Shown: positions 1 to 10,299 of the stretch, piece by piece
Numbering within the stretch: the stretch's first letter is position 1
Layout of the letters: every line of letters begins with the position of its first letter
IMG/VR virus record: IMGVR_UViG_2816332336_000005
Coordinates: 1-64,000 of that record
DNA: 64,000 bases
Reading direction: 5' to 3' (one strand)
From: a virus
Taxonomy: Duplodnaviria > Caudoviricetes
Program-made: the position numbers and the translations under genes
The notes under the pieces: generated by a model
The model's input: the letters and a program-made list of their open reading frames with translations, nothing else
Databases searched by the model: none
Told to the model about the DNA's origin: nothing

Positions 1-426
1 TTATTCATTCCAATTCCACAATCCTTGTCTTCCTCTCACTGAGATTCGTTCTATTTGCTTTACATTCGTTAATTTCCAAGCGAATCGCCCTAGTTCATAC
101 CATCCAAAAGCGTATTCATTTCCCTCTATCCGGTGCTTTGAATCTCCAGCTAAAGCATAAAAGCCGGTATGTTCTTTCACTTGCAAGCACTCTGTAAGCA
201 GACATGTCCCAACAATTGCTCCAGTCGGTAGGTCATCCGCGGTTAATCCATATTTGGCTAAAACAGATCGAAATGGCTCCTGCTTACATACGTCCTTATC
301 CACCTTCTTGCCAGCATGGATTGCTAATTCTCCCCGATAATTCGTGCGCCAGCCCCGGGTCTCGAATTCCTTTTCTCCTAGGGCAATAAGTGTGGCCCAT
401 GGCTGATGTATCGTAATTGCCTTCAC
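1..426 (-). CDS. ASCH (ASC-1 homology/PUA-like) domain protein
   Basis: N-terminal 'KAITIHQPWATLIALGEKEFETRGWRTNYRGELAIHAG' and C-terminal 'RGRQGLWN' match the ASCH signature; the family is common in phage early regions. Confidence 0.85.
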   Translation of the reverse strand: MKAITIHQPWATLIALGEKEFETRGWRTNYRGELAIHAGKKVDKDVCKQEPFRSVLAKYGLTADDLPTGAIVGTCLLTECLQVKEHTGFYALAGDSKHRIEGNEYAFGWYELGRFAWKLTNVKQIERISVRGRQGLWNWNE

Positions 427-674
427 TCTTCCTACCTCCTCAAAAAACGATCAATCTCAAATCTCACGTCACCAATCATGTCTCTCTTTGCCCGTCTCTC
501 ACACCCCATTACACGACGGACAAAATTCTAATCCCTCTTGTATCATTATTACATACTGCCTGTCTATTTCCTGACAAAAAATTTCTGACCTCACTTGCTC
601 ATTCCATTTTCATTCTTATCTGAAAGCCCAGGCATGGACAATAACAATATCTTCGCTGACTCATCCTTCTTGTA

Positions 675-866
675 AAAGGGGTAACCTCCGATTACATATC
701 CCGAAATGAATTTGGAAATTTCTTCAGTAGGGAACTCTTTATTACTTTCCGGATCGGAGAAATCCCTGCTCCTTTTAAAGCTACAATAGCTACCTTTGTT
801 GTAGATTCTCTGGATGAATTTGCAGCCGATTTTAAAGAAAACGGTCTTTCATTTATTCGAAAGTAA
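675..866 (+). pseudogene. Fragment of a VOC/glyoxalase-like gene
   Basis: Manual translation across frameshifts gives 'YPEMNLEI...LLLSGSEKSL.PFKATIATFVVDSLDEFAADFKENGLSFIR'; no intact ORF. Confidence 0.45.
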
Positions 867-877
867 AAGTAGATAAA

Positions 878-1456
878 ATGCGCTCCTATATCACTTTTTG
901 GAATCCCAAAAGAAGCATAGAGGCCCCCTATCTAACCGATATGCTAGAAGCCTCTATTGCAAATAAAAATGTACATATTCAGTATGAATCGAAGTCGGGT
1001 ACCACGACAAAATACATACACCCCATTGGAGTATATGCTCATAATGGATTATGGTATCTCCCTGCTTATGATTACAACAAACAAAAAATATTATTATTTC
1101 GTATCGACCGTATTCTTTCTATTTTGTCCACAGATGAAAATGAAGCAGATTTTATGAATTTAGAAGAATGGTTTATTTCAAATCAAGTAAAAAATCCGAT
1201 TCGCTTACATGTTCTCCTTTCAAGAGAAGGGGTGCGTCAATGTAAAAGTGCCCCTGAGCTAGAAGGCTATGTAACAACACAGGAAGACGGAACTGGATAT
1301 ATTGATTCCTTGATAGAGGAAAGTGAAATCTCTTATATCGCTCCGCTATTATATAGATTGGGGGGCCATGCACAAATAAAAGAACCAAGGGATTTAATAG
1401 ACAAATTGCGATTGCAGGCATGGGAAATTTTGCGTATTTATGCGGGTGAAGAATAG
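878..1456 (+). pseudogene. WYL-WCX domain regulator (YafY-like), N-terminal HTH missing
   Basis: 'IHPIGVYAHNGLWYLPAYD...LFRIDRI' WYL motif and a WCX-like C-terminus; no HTH upstream, where VOC-like sequence abuts directly. Confidence 0.75.
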
Positions 1457-1615
1457 GGATGATAGAGAACATTTCAATCTGCTAGGGGAATAACCATTTT
1501 CTCTCCCAAGGATAGGTATCTAGCCTCGATACAAAGAAAAAGCCCTCAAAAAGGGACTTTCCTCATTATTTGAATCACTTTTTGAGGTGCCTATCAGAGC
1601 CAAAAGATCAGATTC

Positions 1616-2058
1616 TCAATAGGTAAAATATCCAAGAAGATTGATTGGAAAACCTGCGTTATTTATATACTTTACAGTGTATGTTCCAGGTTGCAGACAA
1701 AATTGTTTTGAGGTGGTTCCCATTGAATATATCCCATCAAAAAAATAGATCTGTCCATTGTCCCCTAATATATTAACAGAGGTGTTAAAAGAGCCACTTC
1801 TTTGAGGATCGGATGGAGTTTGATTAACATTGAGCGTCCCACATAAAGTAGAACCAACTGTCGCCCTTATCGGTGCATCTTTCCAATAACTATTAGCTTC
1901 TAAGCCATTATGCCAAAAATTAAAAAATAATTTTCGAATGGCTGCACTTTCTGTTGTTGACCAGCCTCAACTGATTTACTAGGCGCTGCTTGTGCAGAAG
2001 GAACTAATGCGAATACCATCATTGCGGCTATCAAGCCTTTGAACACTCTTTTTTTCAA
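1616..2058 (-). pseudogene. Frameshifted small secreted protein
   Basis: TTG start at 2058 gives signal peptide MKKRVFKGLIAAMMVFALVPSAQA; the frame breaks in T-runs near 1915-1935 and a second frame continues 'NFWHNGLEANSYWKDAPIR...LQPGTYTVKYINNAGFPINLLGYFTY*' to 1616. Confidence 0.65.
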
Positions 2059-2139
2059 GTATAGGCGTTTCCCCATAACATGACATGTACCTGTAGCAAA
2101 ACTTTGGACGTGTATTTCTCATTCTGGGCACATAGAAAA

Positions 2140-2173
2140 TTATCCGCTCAGAGAGATAACTCTGAGCGGATAA
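2140..2173 (-). terminator. Intrinsic terminator of the repeat surface-protein gene
   Basis: Perfect 14-bp inverted repeat TTATCCGCTCAGAG/CTCTGAGCGGATAA. Confidence 0.8.
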
Positions 2174-2219
2174 ACTTAATTCTTCTTTAATCTTTAATTA
2201 CCAATTTTATCGCCATTGT

Positions 2220-5200
2220 CTACTTCGAAATATTCCCAGATTCCAACTTAATAGATACAAACTTCACAATGTGATTAGATCCGTCTACTTCATACAGACC
2301 TAGATTTTTTCCTGCCGTTGCCTTGATGTCGTTACCAGAGATGTAGTCTTGCTCGCCACCAGGAAGCGCTTCTCCTACTTTTGGTGTCGTGATTTCACTA
2401 TCTTCTAGTTTATATTTCAAGCTGTTTCCGTTGCCTACAGTATAGGTTACTTTTGTTGTCCCAGTAGCACTACCTGCCTCTACCTTATGACCACTGATAG
2501 TCGGAGCAGCAACCGGCTCAGCTTTGATATTTTGCGCTTCTAACTGAACAGATATGAACTTCACAATGTGATTAGATCCGTCTACTTCATACAGACCTAG
2601 ATTTTTTCCTGCCGTTGCCTTGATGTCGTTACCAGAGACGTAGTCTTGCTCGCCACCAGGAAGCGCTTCTCCTACTTTTGGTGTCGTGATTTCACTATCT
2701 GCTAGTTTATATTTCAAGCTGTTTCCGTTGCCTACAGTATAGGTTACTTTTGTGGTCTCAGATGCACTACCTGCCTCTACCTTATGACCACTAATAACCG
2801 GAGCAGCAACCGGCTCAGCTTTGATATTTTGCGCTTCTAGCTGAACAGATATGAACTTCACAATGTGATTAGATCCGTCTACTTCATACAGACCTAGATT
2901 TTTTCCTGCCGTTGCCTTGATGTCGTTACCAGAGACGTAGTCTTGCTCGCCACCAGGAAGCGCTTCTCCTACTTTTGGTGTCGTGATTTCACTATCTGCT
3001 AGTTTATATTTCAAGCTGTTTCCGTTACCTACAGTATAGGTTACTTTTGTGGTCTCAGATGCACTACCTGCCTCTACCTTATGACCACTGATAGTCGGAG
3101 CAGCAACCGGCTTAGCTTTGATATTCTGCGCTTCCAATTGAACAGATATGAACTTCACAATGTGATTAGATCCGTCTACTTCATACAGACCTAGATTTTT
3201 TCCTGCCGTTGCCTTGATGTCGTTACCAGAGATGTAGTCTTGCTCGTCACCAGAAAGCGCTTCTCCTACTTTTGGTGTCGTGATTACACTATCTGCTAGT
3301 TTATATTTCAAGCTGTTTCCGTTGCCTACAGTATAGGTTACTTTTGTTGTCCCAGTAGCACTACCTGCCTCTACCTTATGACCACTGATAGTCGGAGCAG
3401 CAACCGGCTTAGCTTTGATATTCTGCGCTTCCAATTGAACAGATATGAACTTCACAATGTGATTAGATCCGTCTACTTCATACAGACCTAGATTTTTTCC
3501 TGCCGTTGCCTTGATGTCGTTACCAGAGATGTAGTCTTGCTCGTCACCAGAAAGCGCTTCTCCTACTTTTGGTGTCGTGATTACACTATCTGCTAGTTTA
3601 TATTTCAGGCTATTTCCGTTGCCTACAGTATAGGTTACTTTTGTGGTCTCAGATGCACTACCTGCCTCTACCTTATGACCACTGATAGTCGGAGCAGCAA
3701 CCGGCTTAGCTTTGATATTCTGCACTTCCAATTGAACAGATATGAACTTCACAATGTGATTAGATCCGTCTACTTCATACAGACCTAGCTTTTTTCCTGC
3801 CGTTGCCTTGATGTCGTTACCAGAGATGTAGTCTTGCTCGCCACCAGGAAGCGCTTCTCCTACTTTTGGTGTCGTGATTTCACTATCTGCTAATTTATAT
3901 TTCAAGCTGTTTCCGTTGCCTACAGTATAGGTTACTTTTGTTGTCCCAGTAGCATTACCTGCCTCTACCTTATGACCACTAATAGCCGGAACAGCAATCG
4001 GTGCAGCTTTGATATCCCCGGCTTTCAACTGAATAGATACGAACTTCACAATGTTATTCGATCCATCTACTTCATACAGACCTAGATTTTTTCCTGCCGT
4101 TGCCTTGATGTCGTTACCAGAGATGTAGTCTTGCTCGCCACCAGGAAGCGCTTCTCCTACTTTTGGTGTCGTGATTACACTATCTGCTAGTTTATATTTC
4201 AGGCTATTTCCGTTGCCTACAGTATAGGTTACTTTTGTTGTCCCAGTAGCACTACCTGCCTCTACCTTATGACCACTAATAGCCGGAACAGCAATCGGTG
4301 CAGCTTTGATATCCCCGGCTTTCAACTGAATAGATACGAACTTCACAATGTTATTCGATCCATCTACTTCATACAGACCTAGATTTTTTCCTGCCGTTGC
4401 CTTGATGTCGTTACCAGAGATGTAGTCTTGCTCGCCACCAGGAAGCGCTTCTCCTACTTTTGGTGTCGTGATTACACTATCTGCTAGTTTATATTTCAGG
4501 CTATTTCCGTTGCCTACAGTATAGGTTACTTTTGTTGTCCCAGTAGCACTACCTGCCTCTACCTTATGACCACTAATAGCCGGAACAGCAATCGGTGCAG
4601 CTTTGATATCCCCGGCTTCCAACTGAACAGATACGAACTTCACAATGTGATCAGACCCGTCTACTTCATAAACACCAATATACTCATTAGCTTGTGCATC
4701 TGTAATATCATTTCCAGAAATATAAGCTACTGCTTTATTAGGTGCCTTAGTACCTTTATTTGGTGTATCAAATACCTGATTTTGTTTTAAAATTTTATAG
4801 CTATTGCCACCGACATTTGGCAAATCTAATTTTACACTCCTAGCGACACTACCTTTAGCTTTGCTAGTAATCGTAATTTTTTCAACTTTACCGATTATAG
4901 GGGCTACTACATGATTAGTGATAGGAGGAGCTACTCGTTTTGCTTTAGCTTTCTGCTCTTTCGATAAACCACCTATTTTTTCTGTATCCACATACTCTCC
5001 TACTTGGATATTTGTAGTAGAAGGTAATCCTATGACCGTTACATCAGATGTATTAAATAGTATTTTAGAAACGTTAACTTTATTATCAAACTCAATTTCG
5101 GTAGCTTTATTGACAACTACCTCATTAAATGTAGAATTCGTTACCGTAACCTTTGCAAATGAAGGTGTTACAATCATGCTAAATGCAGCAGTAGAAAGAA

Positions 5201-5240
5201 CGGCTAATACCGATAATTTTTTGAAATTAAACTTACTCAT
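2220..5240 (-). CDS. Secreted/surface protein with tandem 99-aa beta-rich (Ig-like) repeats
   Basis: Signal peptide ending TPSFA; eight near-identical 99-aa units plus one diverged unit; no LPxTG or SLH motif seen. Confidence 0.85.
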   Translation of the reverse strand: MSKFNFKKLSVLAVLSTAAFSMIVTPSFAKVTVTNSTFNEVVVNKATEIEFDNKVNVSKILFNTSDVTVIGLPSTTNIQVGEYVDTEKIGGLSKEQKAKAKRVAPPITNHVVAPIIGKVEKITITSKAKGSVARSVKLDLPNVGGNSYKILKQNQVFDTPNKGTKAPNKAVAYISGNDITDAQANEYIGVYEVDGSDHIVKFVSVQLEAGDIKAAPIAVPAISGHKVEAGSATGTTKVTYTVGNGNSLKYKLADSVITTPKVGEALPGGEQDYISGNDIKATAGKNLGLYEVDGSNNIVKFVSIQLKAGDIKAAPIAVPAISGHKVEAGSATGTTKVTYTVGNGNSLKYKLADSVITTPKVGEALPGGEQDYISGNDIKATAGKNLGLYEVDGSNNIVKFVSIQLKAGDIKAAPIAVPAISGHKVEAGNATGTTKVTYTVGNGNSLKYKLADSEITTPKVGEALPGGEQDYISGNDIKATAGKKLGLYEVDGSNHIVKFISVQLEVQNIKAKPVAAPTISGHKVEAGSASETTKVTYTVGNGNSLKYKLADSVITTPKVGEALSGDEQDYISGNDIKATAGKNLGLYEVDGSNHIVKFISVQLEAQNIKAKPVAAPTISGHKVEAGSATGTTKVTYTVGNGNSLKYKLADSVITTPKVGEALSGDEQDYISGNDIKATAGKNLGLYEVDGSNHIVKFISVQLEAQNIKAKPVAAPTISGHKVEAGSASETTKVTYTVGNGNSLKYKLADSEITTPKVGEALPGGEQDYVSGNDIKATAGKNLGLYEVDGSNHIVKFISVQLEAQNIKAEPVAAPVISGHKVEAGSASETTKVTYTVGNGNSLKYKLADSEITTPKVGEALPGGEQDYVSGNDIKATAGKNLGLYEVDGSNHIVKFISVQLEAQNIKAEPVAAPTISGHKVEAGSATGTTKVTYTVGNGNSLKYKLEDSEITTPKVGEALPGGEQDYISGNDIKATAGKNLGLYEVDGSNHIVKFVSIKLESGNISK
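2245..4680. repeat. Intragenic tandem repeat, 297-bp unit, ~8 copies
   Basis: Marker ACTTCACAATG recurs at 2261, 2558, 2855, 3152, 3449, 3746, 4043, 4340 and 4637. Confidence 0.95.
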
Positions 5241-5331
5241 TACTATTCACTCCCTCATATATGTAAGGAGAGGACGATAAAAGAATGTATCGATCTCCCT
5301 AATATTCCAAAAAAGCATTGTGGATCTATAC

Positions 5332-5964
5332 CTACCCTACAATTGTTTTTCCTTCAACAGTAACATCGCTTAACTCCACATTATTTTTGTCCACATTCGT
5401 AATCTTCAGATCGCCAATAATCTTTTTGCCTAAACCTTTAATGATGATGCTACGAGCTACAGTAATATCTCCTTGAATATCTGTTCCCAAAATAATGGTT
5501 TTCACATTTGGATTTTGTAATGCGATATTAAACTCAGTAGCATTAGTAACAATAACTTCTGTGGTAAGTAATTGTTGCTCAGGTTGCATTTCTTTTACAG
5601 TAGAAACGTTACCTTTAGCATCTACAGCGTAGAAACCTTTTTCTCCACCGATTTTTTCGAAATCTTTGCTAGTTATTGTTTTGTATTCAACTTCTTTTCC
5701 CGCTAATTTAGCAACCATCAGTTCTTGTAAAGTAGCTACTTTCCCATCCCAATTTACATAAAGAACGTTGCTTTCAACATTCTCTAAACCAGAATCATAT
5801 AAATCTGCTACAAATTTATGCGTTTGTTTAATTAGTGCTTTGTCAGAATAGTATCTGTCTACTTTTCCACCAATATATACACCGCCATCTGCTGCATAAG
5901 CAGAAGTAGCCATACTAGTTACTAGTGCTGCAGATAGCACTGATAGGATTACTTTTTTATTCAC
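5332..5964 (-). CDS. Short protein with an S-layer outer wall protein (OWP)-like N-terminus
   Basis: 'MNKKVILSVLSAALVTSMATSAYAADGGVYIGGKVDRYYS' resembles, from recall, the Brevibacillus brevis OWP N-terminus; signal peptide present. Confidence 0.65.
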   Translation of the reverse strand: MNKKVILSVLSAALVTSMATSAYAADGGVYIGGKVDRYYSDKALIKQTHKFVADLYDSGLENVESNVLYVNWDGKVATLQELMVAKLAGKEVEYKTITSKDFEKIGGEKGFYAVDAKGNVSTVKEMQPEQQLLTTEVIVTNATEFNIALQNPNVKTIILGTDIQGDITVARSIIIKGLGKKIIGDLKITNVDKNNVELSDVTVEGKTIVG

Positions 5965-6788
5965 TTACAACCCCTCCAAATATCGTATATTGAAGTATCT
6001 CATTCCCTTGTTTACATTACATATATGTATTAGATAGATAAGAGACCTTAGGCCGCTAATCTAGCATTTAACCATAAACATCTGGAAGTACTTCTGAAGC
6101 TGTTTGTTTCATGATATCTAGCTCACCCAAGTAGATGCTTTCACATATGTTACTGTGTTGGTTAGACGAACTGTTTTGTCTGGCTCCCCTTTTTGCTAGG
6201 TCTTCACTAACTGCAATACTACTCCGACCTTTACATCAGTACTAAGCTTCAGGAAAAGCTACGAATGATGACACATCAAATTGATCACTTAACCCAAAAA
6301 TGAGATAAGCTATTTGACATTTTAAACAATAAAAAATACCCCTGATCCACGTCCGAGTTTCAGCATATAGACAAAGTTCCAAAGATCCAAATGTCTGCAC
6401 CCTTGAGATATTTCTCTATTTCATAACTATAGAAGCTGTTATTTAAAGTGAGGTTCCCGGTTCTTGAGGGCAATTGAAATTGTATGATAGATTTTAGAGA
6501 ATAAAAATAGAAAAAATTACTGTTGTCAAAAGTATTTTTAGTACCTAATCCTTTTGTATCATATGGAAATAAACCTCATTTCAAAAAAATATTTGGGTTG
6601 TCACATACACAGAGGAAGTAATCATCCTTACTTTATTCAAATTTAAACTCTCCTTTAGGCAAACCAGTTACAATCTATTTTTCAGTGAAGTAGATAGTGT
6701 TTCAGCTTTACCCTAGATTCTTCATTTTAGAACTTTCTTGTCCACATGATAAAATTGTAAGAGCATGATTAAAGCTGACTAGGGAAAT

Positions 6789-7573
6789 TCATTGTTTGAA
6801 TCAGGTAAACTATCAGACAAAAATATTCAAAAAGTACATACAATTATCAATGATTCATTAAATAAAGCTGTTAGTTAAAAATGATCCCAAAGAATGTAGC
6901 TTCCGTTGTGGGAAGCCCAAGGTAAGAAAAAAAGGAAATGAAAGTTGGGAAGTGGAGGAATCTCACACTTTTCTAAAATCATCTGAAAAGGATTCGTTAT
7001 TACATCGCTTTTCTTTTAGCCTTAGCTACAGGTATGCGCCAAGGTGAAATTTTTGGTTTGCGATGGAAGGGCATAAATTTGGAGAATGGGGTTATATCAA
7101 TAACCCAAACTTTAAGTCATGACGGAAAAGAGTTACAGATTGGAGCTAAAACTAATTCTGGAAATAGAACTATAGCTATTGATGCAGAAACAGTAAAAGA
7201 GATGAGGAAAGTTGAAAAAAGATACAAAGCTGAAAAATTAAAAGCTGATCCAGGTATGTATGAAGATAACGGTCTAGTTATTTGCACTATTGTAGGAACT
7301 CCAGTAACTCCAAGAAATTTAATGAGGTCATTTTACCGTTTGATTGAAAAAGCGCAGGTAAAAAAAATAAGATTTCATGATCTTCGACATTCACATGCCA
7401 CCATGCTATTAAAAGAAAACGTTAATCCAAAGGTTGTTGTTGAACGTATGAGATGGTCTGATATGAAGATGATAGACCGTTATGCTCACGTTTTGCCTAA
7501 CATTCAAAAAGAGACTGCTGAAACTTTTGGTAAAGTATTCTTCGAAAACAAAGAAATCATTTTAAAAAAATAA
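6789..7573 (+). pseudogene. Tyrosine integrase, truncated and frameshifted
   Basis: Catalytic motifs 'TGMRQGEI' and 'RFHDLRHSHAT' in 7034-7573; upstream 'KLSDKNIQKVHTIINDSLNKAVS*' has a stop and frameshifts. Confidence 0.85.
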
Positions 7574-7631
7574 TCGCACAAAATTTCTTTTCGCACCAAA
7601 AAACATATGGACAAGTATATCTGTAAATAAC

Positions 7632-7659
7632 AAAAACCCCTTGGTTAATCAAGGGGTTT
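7632..7659 (-). terminator. Terminator downstream of the tRNA-Val 3' copy
   Basis: AAACCCCTTGGTTAATCAAGGGGTTT hairpin; an equivalent hairpin lies at 45680-45707. Confidence 0.7.
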
Positions 7660-7673
7660 AGCAATCTTATGTA

Positions 7674-7718
7674 TGGTGATCCAGACTGGGTTCGAACCAG
7701 CGACCCCCACCCTGTCAA
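7674..7718 (-). repeat. att core: 3' half of tRNA-Val(GAC), left copy
   Basis: Minus strand reads TTGACAGGGTGGGGGTCGCTGGTTCGAACCCAGTCTGGATCACCA (anticodon loop, T-arm, CCA); 44/45 identical to 45721-45765. Confidence 0.92.
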
Positions 7719-7836
7719 GGGTAGACATCGTTTCTGCTATGTTCTGTTATATACCGCAGAATTTGAGTAATATCAATACTTTTCCTTCTAGCTATATGAT
7801 ATTTTATGCTTAATTACGCTACTTTCTGATTAATTT

Positions 7837-7870
7837 GGTCCCCAATTCGTCCCCAATCGCCGTCCCCTAT
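7837..7870 (+). promoter_or_regulatory. Probable integrase arm-type binding sites
   Basis: Three copies of GTCCCC(A/T)AT; the same motif occurs at the other prophage end (45551, 45611, 45622). Confidence 0.65.
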
Positions 7871-7873
7871 TCA

Positions 7874-8212
7874 CTATTTAATCTCCACTACATCCTCTAC
7901 AGGTATCCACCAAAAATCCTCATCATTCTTTAATTTGATTTGTTTATACGTTGAGTCAAACTTCTCTACCCATCCCCAGGCAGATTCAATTACTCCTCTT
8001 CCCTCTTTTGTTTCTTTCCACCAGCTAATTGTTAAGGCATAGTCATACTGACGTGAGTCCGATATTCTGTAACAAAACTCGGCTAGCTCATCCTCTTCAA
8101 TAATCGGCTTCTCGATCAGTTTCTTATCCTCGTGATACTGACGTAACATTTCTGCATGTTCTGGCAAAATAAATTTTGTTACAAGTGGGTCAAGAACTTT
8201 GCTAGCCATCAA
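7874..8212 (-). CDS. YolD-like family protein
   Basis: 'KFILPEH...KPIIEEDELAE...WIPVEDVVEI' pattern; LexA-like box upstream. Confidence 0.8.
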   Translation of the reverse strand: MMASKVLDPLVTKFILPEHAEMLRQYHEDKKLIEKPIIEEDELAEFCYRISDSRQYDYALTISWWKETKEGRGVIESAWGWVEKFDSTYKQIKLKNDEDFWWIPVEDVVEIK

Positions 8213-8227
8213 AACATCTCCTTTATG

Positions 8228-8241
8228 CGAATATATGTTCT
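8228..8241 (-). promoter_or_regulatory. LexA (Cheo) box upstream of the yolD-like gene
   Basis: CGAATATATGTTCT, one mismatch to GAAC-N4-GTTC, next to a TAAAAT -10. Confidence 0.65.
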
Positions 8242-8522
8242 TATTTTATTTGATGATGAGGAGATTAAGCAACGAACAATTTTTGACTATCTAAATTAAA
8301 AAAGAAAATATTTTTTTAAAAATATACAAAATACACCATAATTAATTACATATTTTTCAATTTATGTTTTGTTTTATGAAATTCAATCTCGTATAATGCA
8401 AATGTGTCGGCCGACATAGCTACTATTCTTACAACATTTTTTATTCGTTATTCTTACATACACTCGTAAAGGAGGTAAGCACTTTTCTCTTTCTATGCAG
8501 ATAGAGTAAAAGTGTTAAACAA

Positions 8523-9746
8523 ATGAACCTAAAGAAAATAGGATTATTCGCTATTGCGATGATTATGACCTTGTTTAGTTTTCAAACTTATTCGTTTGCA
8601 GCAGAAGAAGAATTGGTATGGGTAAAAAAAACTTCTATGCCTACAGGTAGAAGCTTTTCAGGCAGCTTAGTATATAACGACAAAATATATGTTTATGGTG
8701 GAAGTACTAGTTCTTCTCAAACTAGTGCCTTTGAAATGTATGACCCTGAAAAAGATCAGTGGTTACAACTATCTAGCGCATCTAGTAGAGGTCATATTCC
8801 TCTTGTAGAGTCACAAGGAAAATTTTATTCTTTCGGAGGATATGATTATAGAGATAACGAAGTAGATATTGTCGAAGAATATGATCCACTTTCGAATAAT
8901 TGGACTAGAAAAACCCCAATGCCAACACCACGAACTAATGTCGGTGCCATAACTATGGGGGATTTCATTTATACCTTCGGGGGGCAACAAAGGGCAACTA
9001 AACAACAATCTGACATTGTAGAAGCGTTTAATCCCCATACCAATACTTGGGTCAGCAAAAACCCAATGCCGTTTGAAACATCTTCCGTTTTGCCTTTTAT
9101 TATGAACAACAAAATTTACACTTTAATGTATAATAAAGAGGAATTGTATATCTATTATTACAATCACGTAGAAGACACTTGGTCTCTTATAGACGAACTC
9201 CCTTCAGAAGTTGGCGTGCCTCAATCTGCATTAGTATATAAAGGTAAAATTATTTTACCAAGTAAGTATGCACTTTACTATTACGATATTAACTCAAAAA
9301 AAGTAACAAAATGTCCAGTTGCTCCCCTTGATAGAAGTGCATTTTTAGCTCGCATTGTTAATGATAAACTTTATGTTATTGGGGGATTTAAAGACCTAAG
9401 TACAGTTGAAGAACTGGGGATTTCAGATCTTATTCAACCTGATTCGAATCCAGATCCGAACCCTAATCCAGATCCCGATCCGAATCCAAACCCTAATCCA
9501 AATCCAAATCCAACAGGAAACGCACTCTTGGTTATCTACATGGATAGTGGGTTAATCAAAGAATATGAAATGACAAATGAAGAAATCAGAAACTTTACCG
9601 AATGGTATGAAGGTAGAGCAAAAGGAAACGGTAGAGAAGCATACATCGTGAATAAGAAGTACAACATCGGACCTTTCAATTCTAGAAAAGACTTCATTAG
9701 CTATAGTCACATTGAAAGCTTTGAGGTTCAAGAATACAGTAGATAA
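8523..9746 (+). CDS. Secreted Kelch-repeat beta-propeller protein with PN/PD linker and small C-terminal domain
   Basis: Signal peptide; repeated 'IYVYGG...YDP...W' Kelch units; (PD/PN)n linker at ~9437-9512. Confidence 0.85.
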   Translation: MNLKKIGLFAIAMIMTLFSFQTYSFAAEEELVWVKKTSMPTGRSFSGSLVYNDKIYVYGGSTSSSQTSAFEMYDPEKDQWLQLSSASSRGHIPLVESQGKFYSFGGYDYRDNEVDIVEEYDPLSNNWTRKTPMPTPRTNVGAITMGDFIYTFGGQQRATKQQSDIVEAFNPHTNTWVSKNPMPFETSSVLPFIMNNKIYTLMYNKEELYIYYYNHVEDTWSLIDELPSEVGVPQSALVYKGKIILPSKYALYYYDINSKKVTKCPVAPLDRSAFLARIVNDKLYVIGGFKDLSTVEELGISDLIQPDSNPDPNPNPDPDPNPNPNPNPNPTGNALLVIYMDSGLIKEYEMTNEEIRNFTEWYEGRAKGNGREAYIVNKKYNIGPFNSRKDFISYSHIESFEVQEYSR

Positions 9747-9960
9747 TAAGATGCCCCCTCCAACATACGGAAGGGGCTCTCATATGTTGTTAAGGTGTTT
9801 AAATAAAATTAACCCTCTAGGACTTCCTAGAAGGATTATGTGTTTATAAATAGTTAAAAGCCCCATCTCCCCTACAAAGGAGCCCACGTAGGAACGCAAG
9901 CCTTCGTATTGAAAGAGCCAATATTAATTTACATATGATAAGCTCTCCTATTATTTTTTA

Positions 9961-10299
9961 TTAGCTAAAAAACTGTTTCCAAGCTTCAAAAGCTGTAAGT
10001 AACCCCGAAGTCTTACTCAATGTATCTATCGTTGCGTTTAATCCTCCAAGTAAGCCTGTAAGCATAGTCTTATTTTGTTTATCAGAAGTTACTAATTTGT
10101 TAATTGCTTGGACCGTTTCTTCTATTTCTGCTTCTTTTTCAGATGGAAGACCTAACTTTTTAATTTCATCAATTAACTTTTGGGTAGATGCATCAAATCC
10201 TGATGATTTGTTGCTAGTATTAACAGTAATATTTTTTCCTATTGTGACATTTCCAGTTCCATTTGTAATATCTCCAATAATATAACTTTCGTTAGTCAA
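9961..10299 (-). CDS. Hypothetical protein, G/N/T/I-rich N-terminus and helical C-terminus (third gene of unknown operon)
   Basis: GGAGGG RBS then TTG at 10299; the frame stays open to 10404 and beyond. Confidence 0.7.
   Translation of the reverse strand: MTNESYIIGDITNGTGNVTIGKNITVNTSNKSSGFDASTQKLIDEIKKLGLPSEKEAEIEETVQAINKLVTSDKQNKTMLTGLLGGLNATIDTLSKTSGLLTAFEAWKQFFS

Larger units (their letters stand above)
1..7673. mobile_element. Decayed integrative element/prophage remnant (left boundary outside window)
   Basis: Broken tyrosine integrase points into the tRNA-Val att copy at 7674, the same layout as the intact prophage at 44379-45765; several pseudogenes present. Confidence 0.6.

Noticed and set aside
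7674-7724. Intact tRNA-Val gene at either att copy
   Set aside because: Only the anticodon loop through CCA is present; the D-arm and 5' acceptor strand are missing at both 7674 and 45721.
9437-9512. Hexamer tandem repeat as a non-coding VNTR
   Set aside because: It is the in-frame Pro-Asn/Asp linker of the Kelch protein, with synonymous variation.
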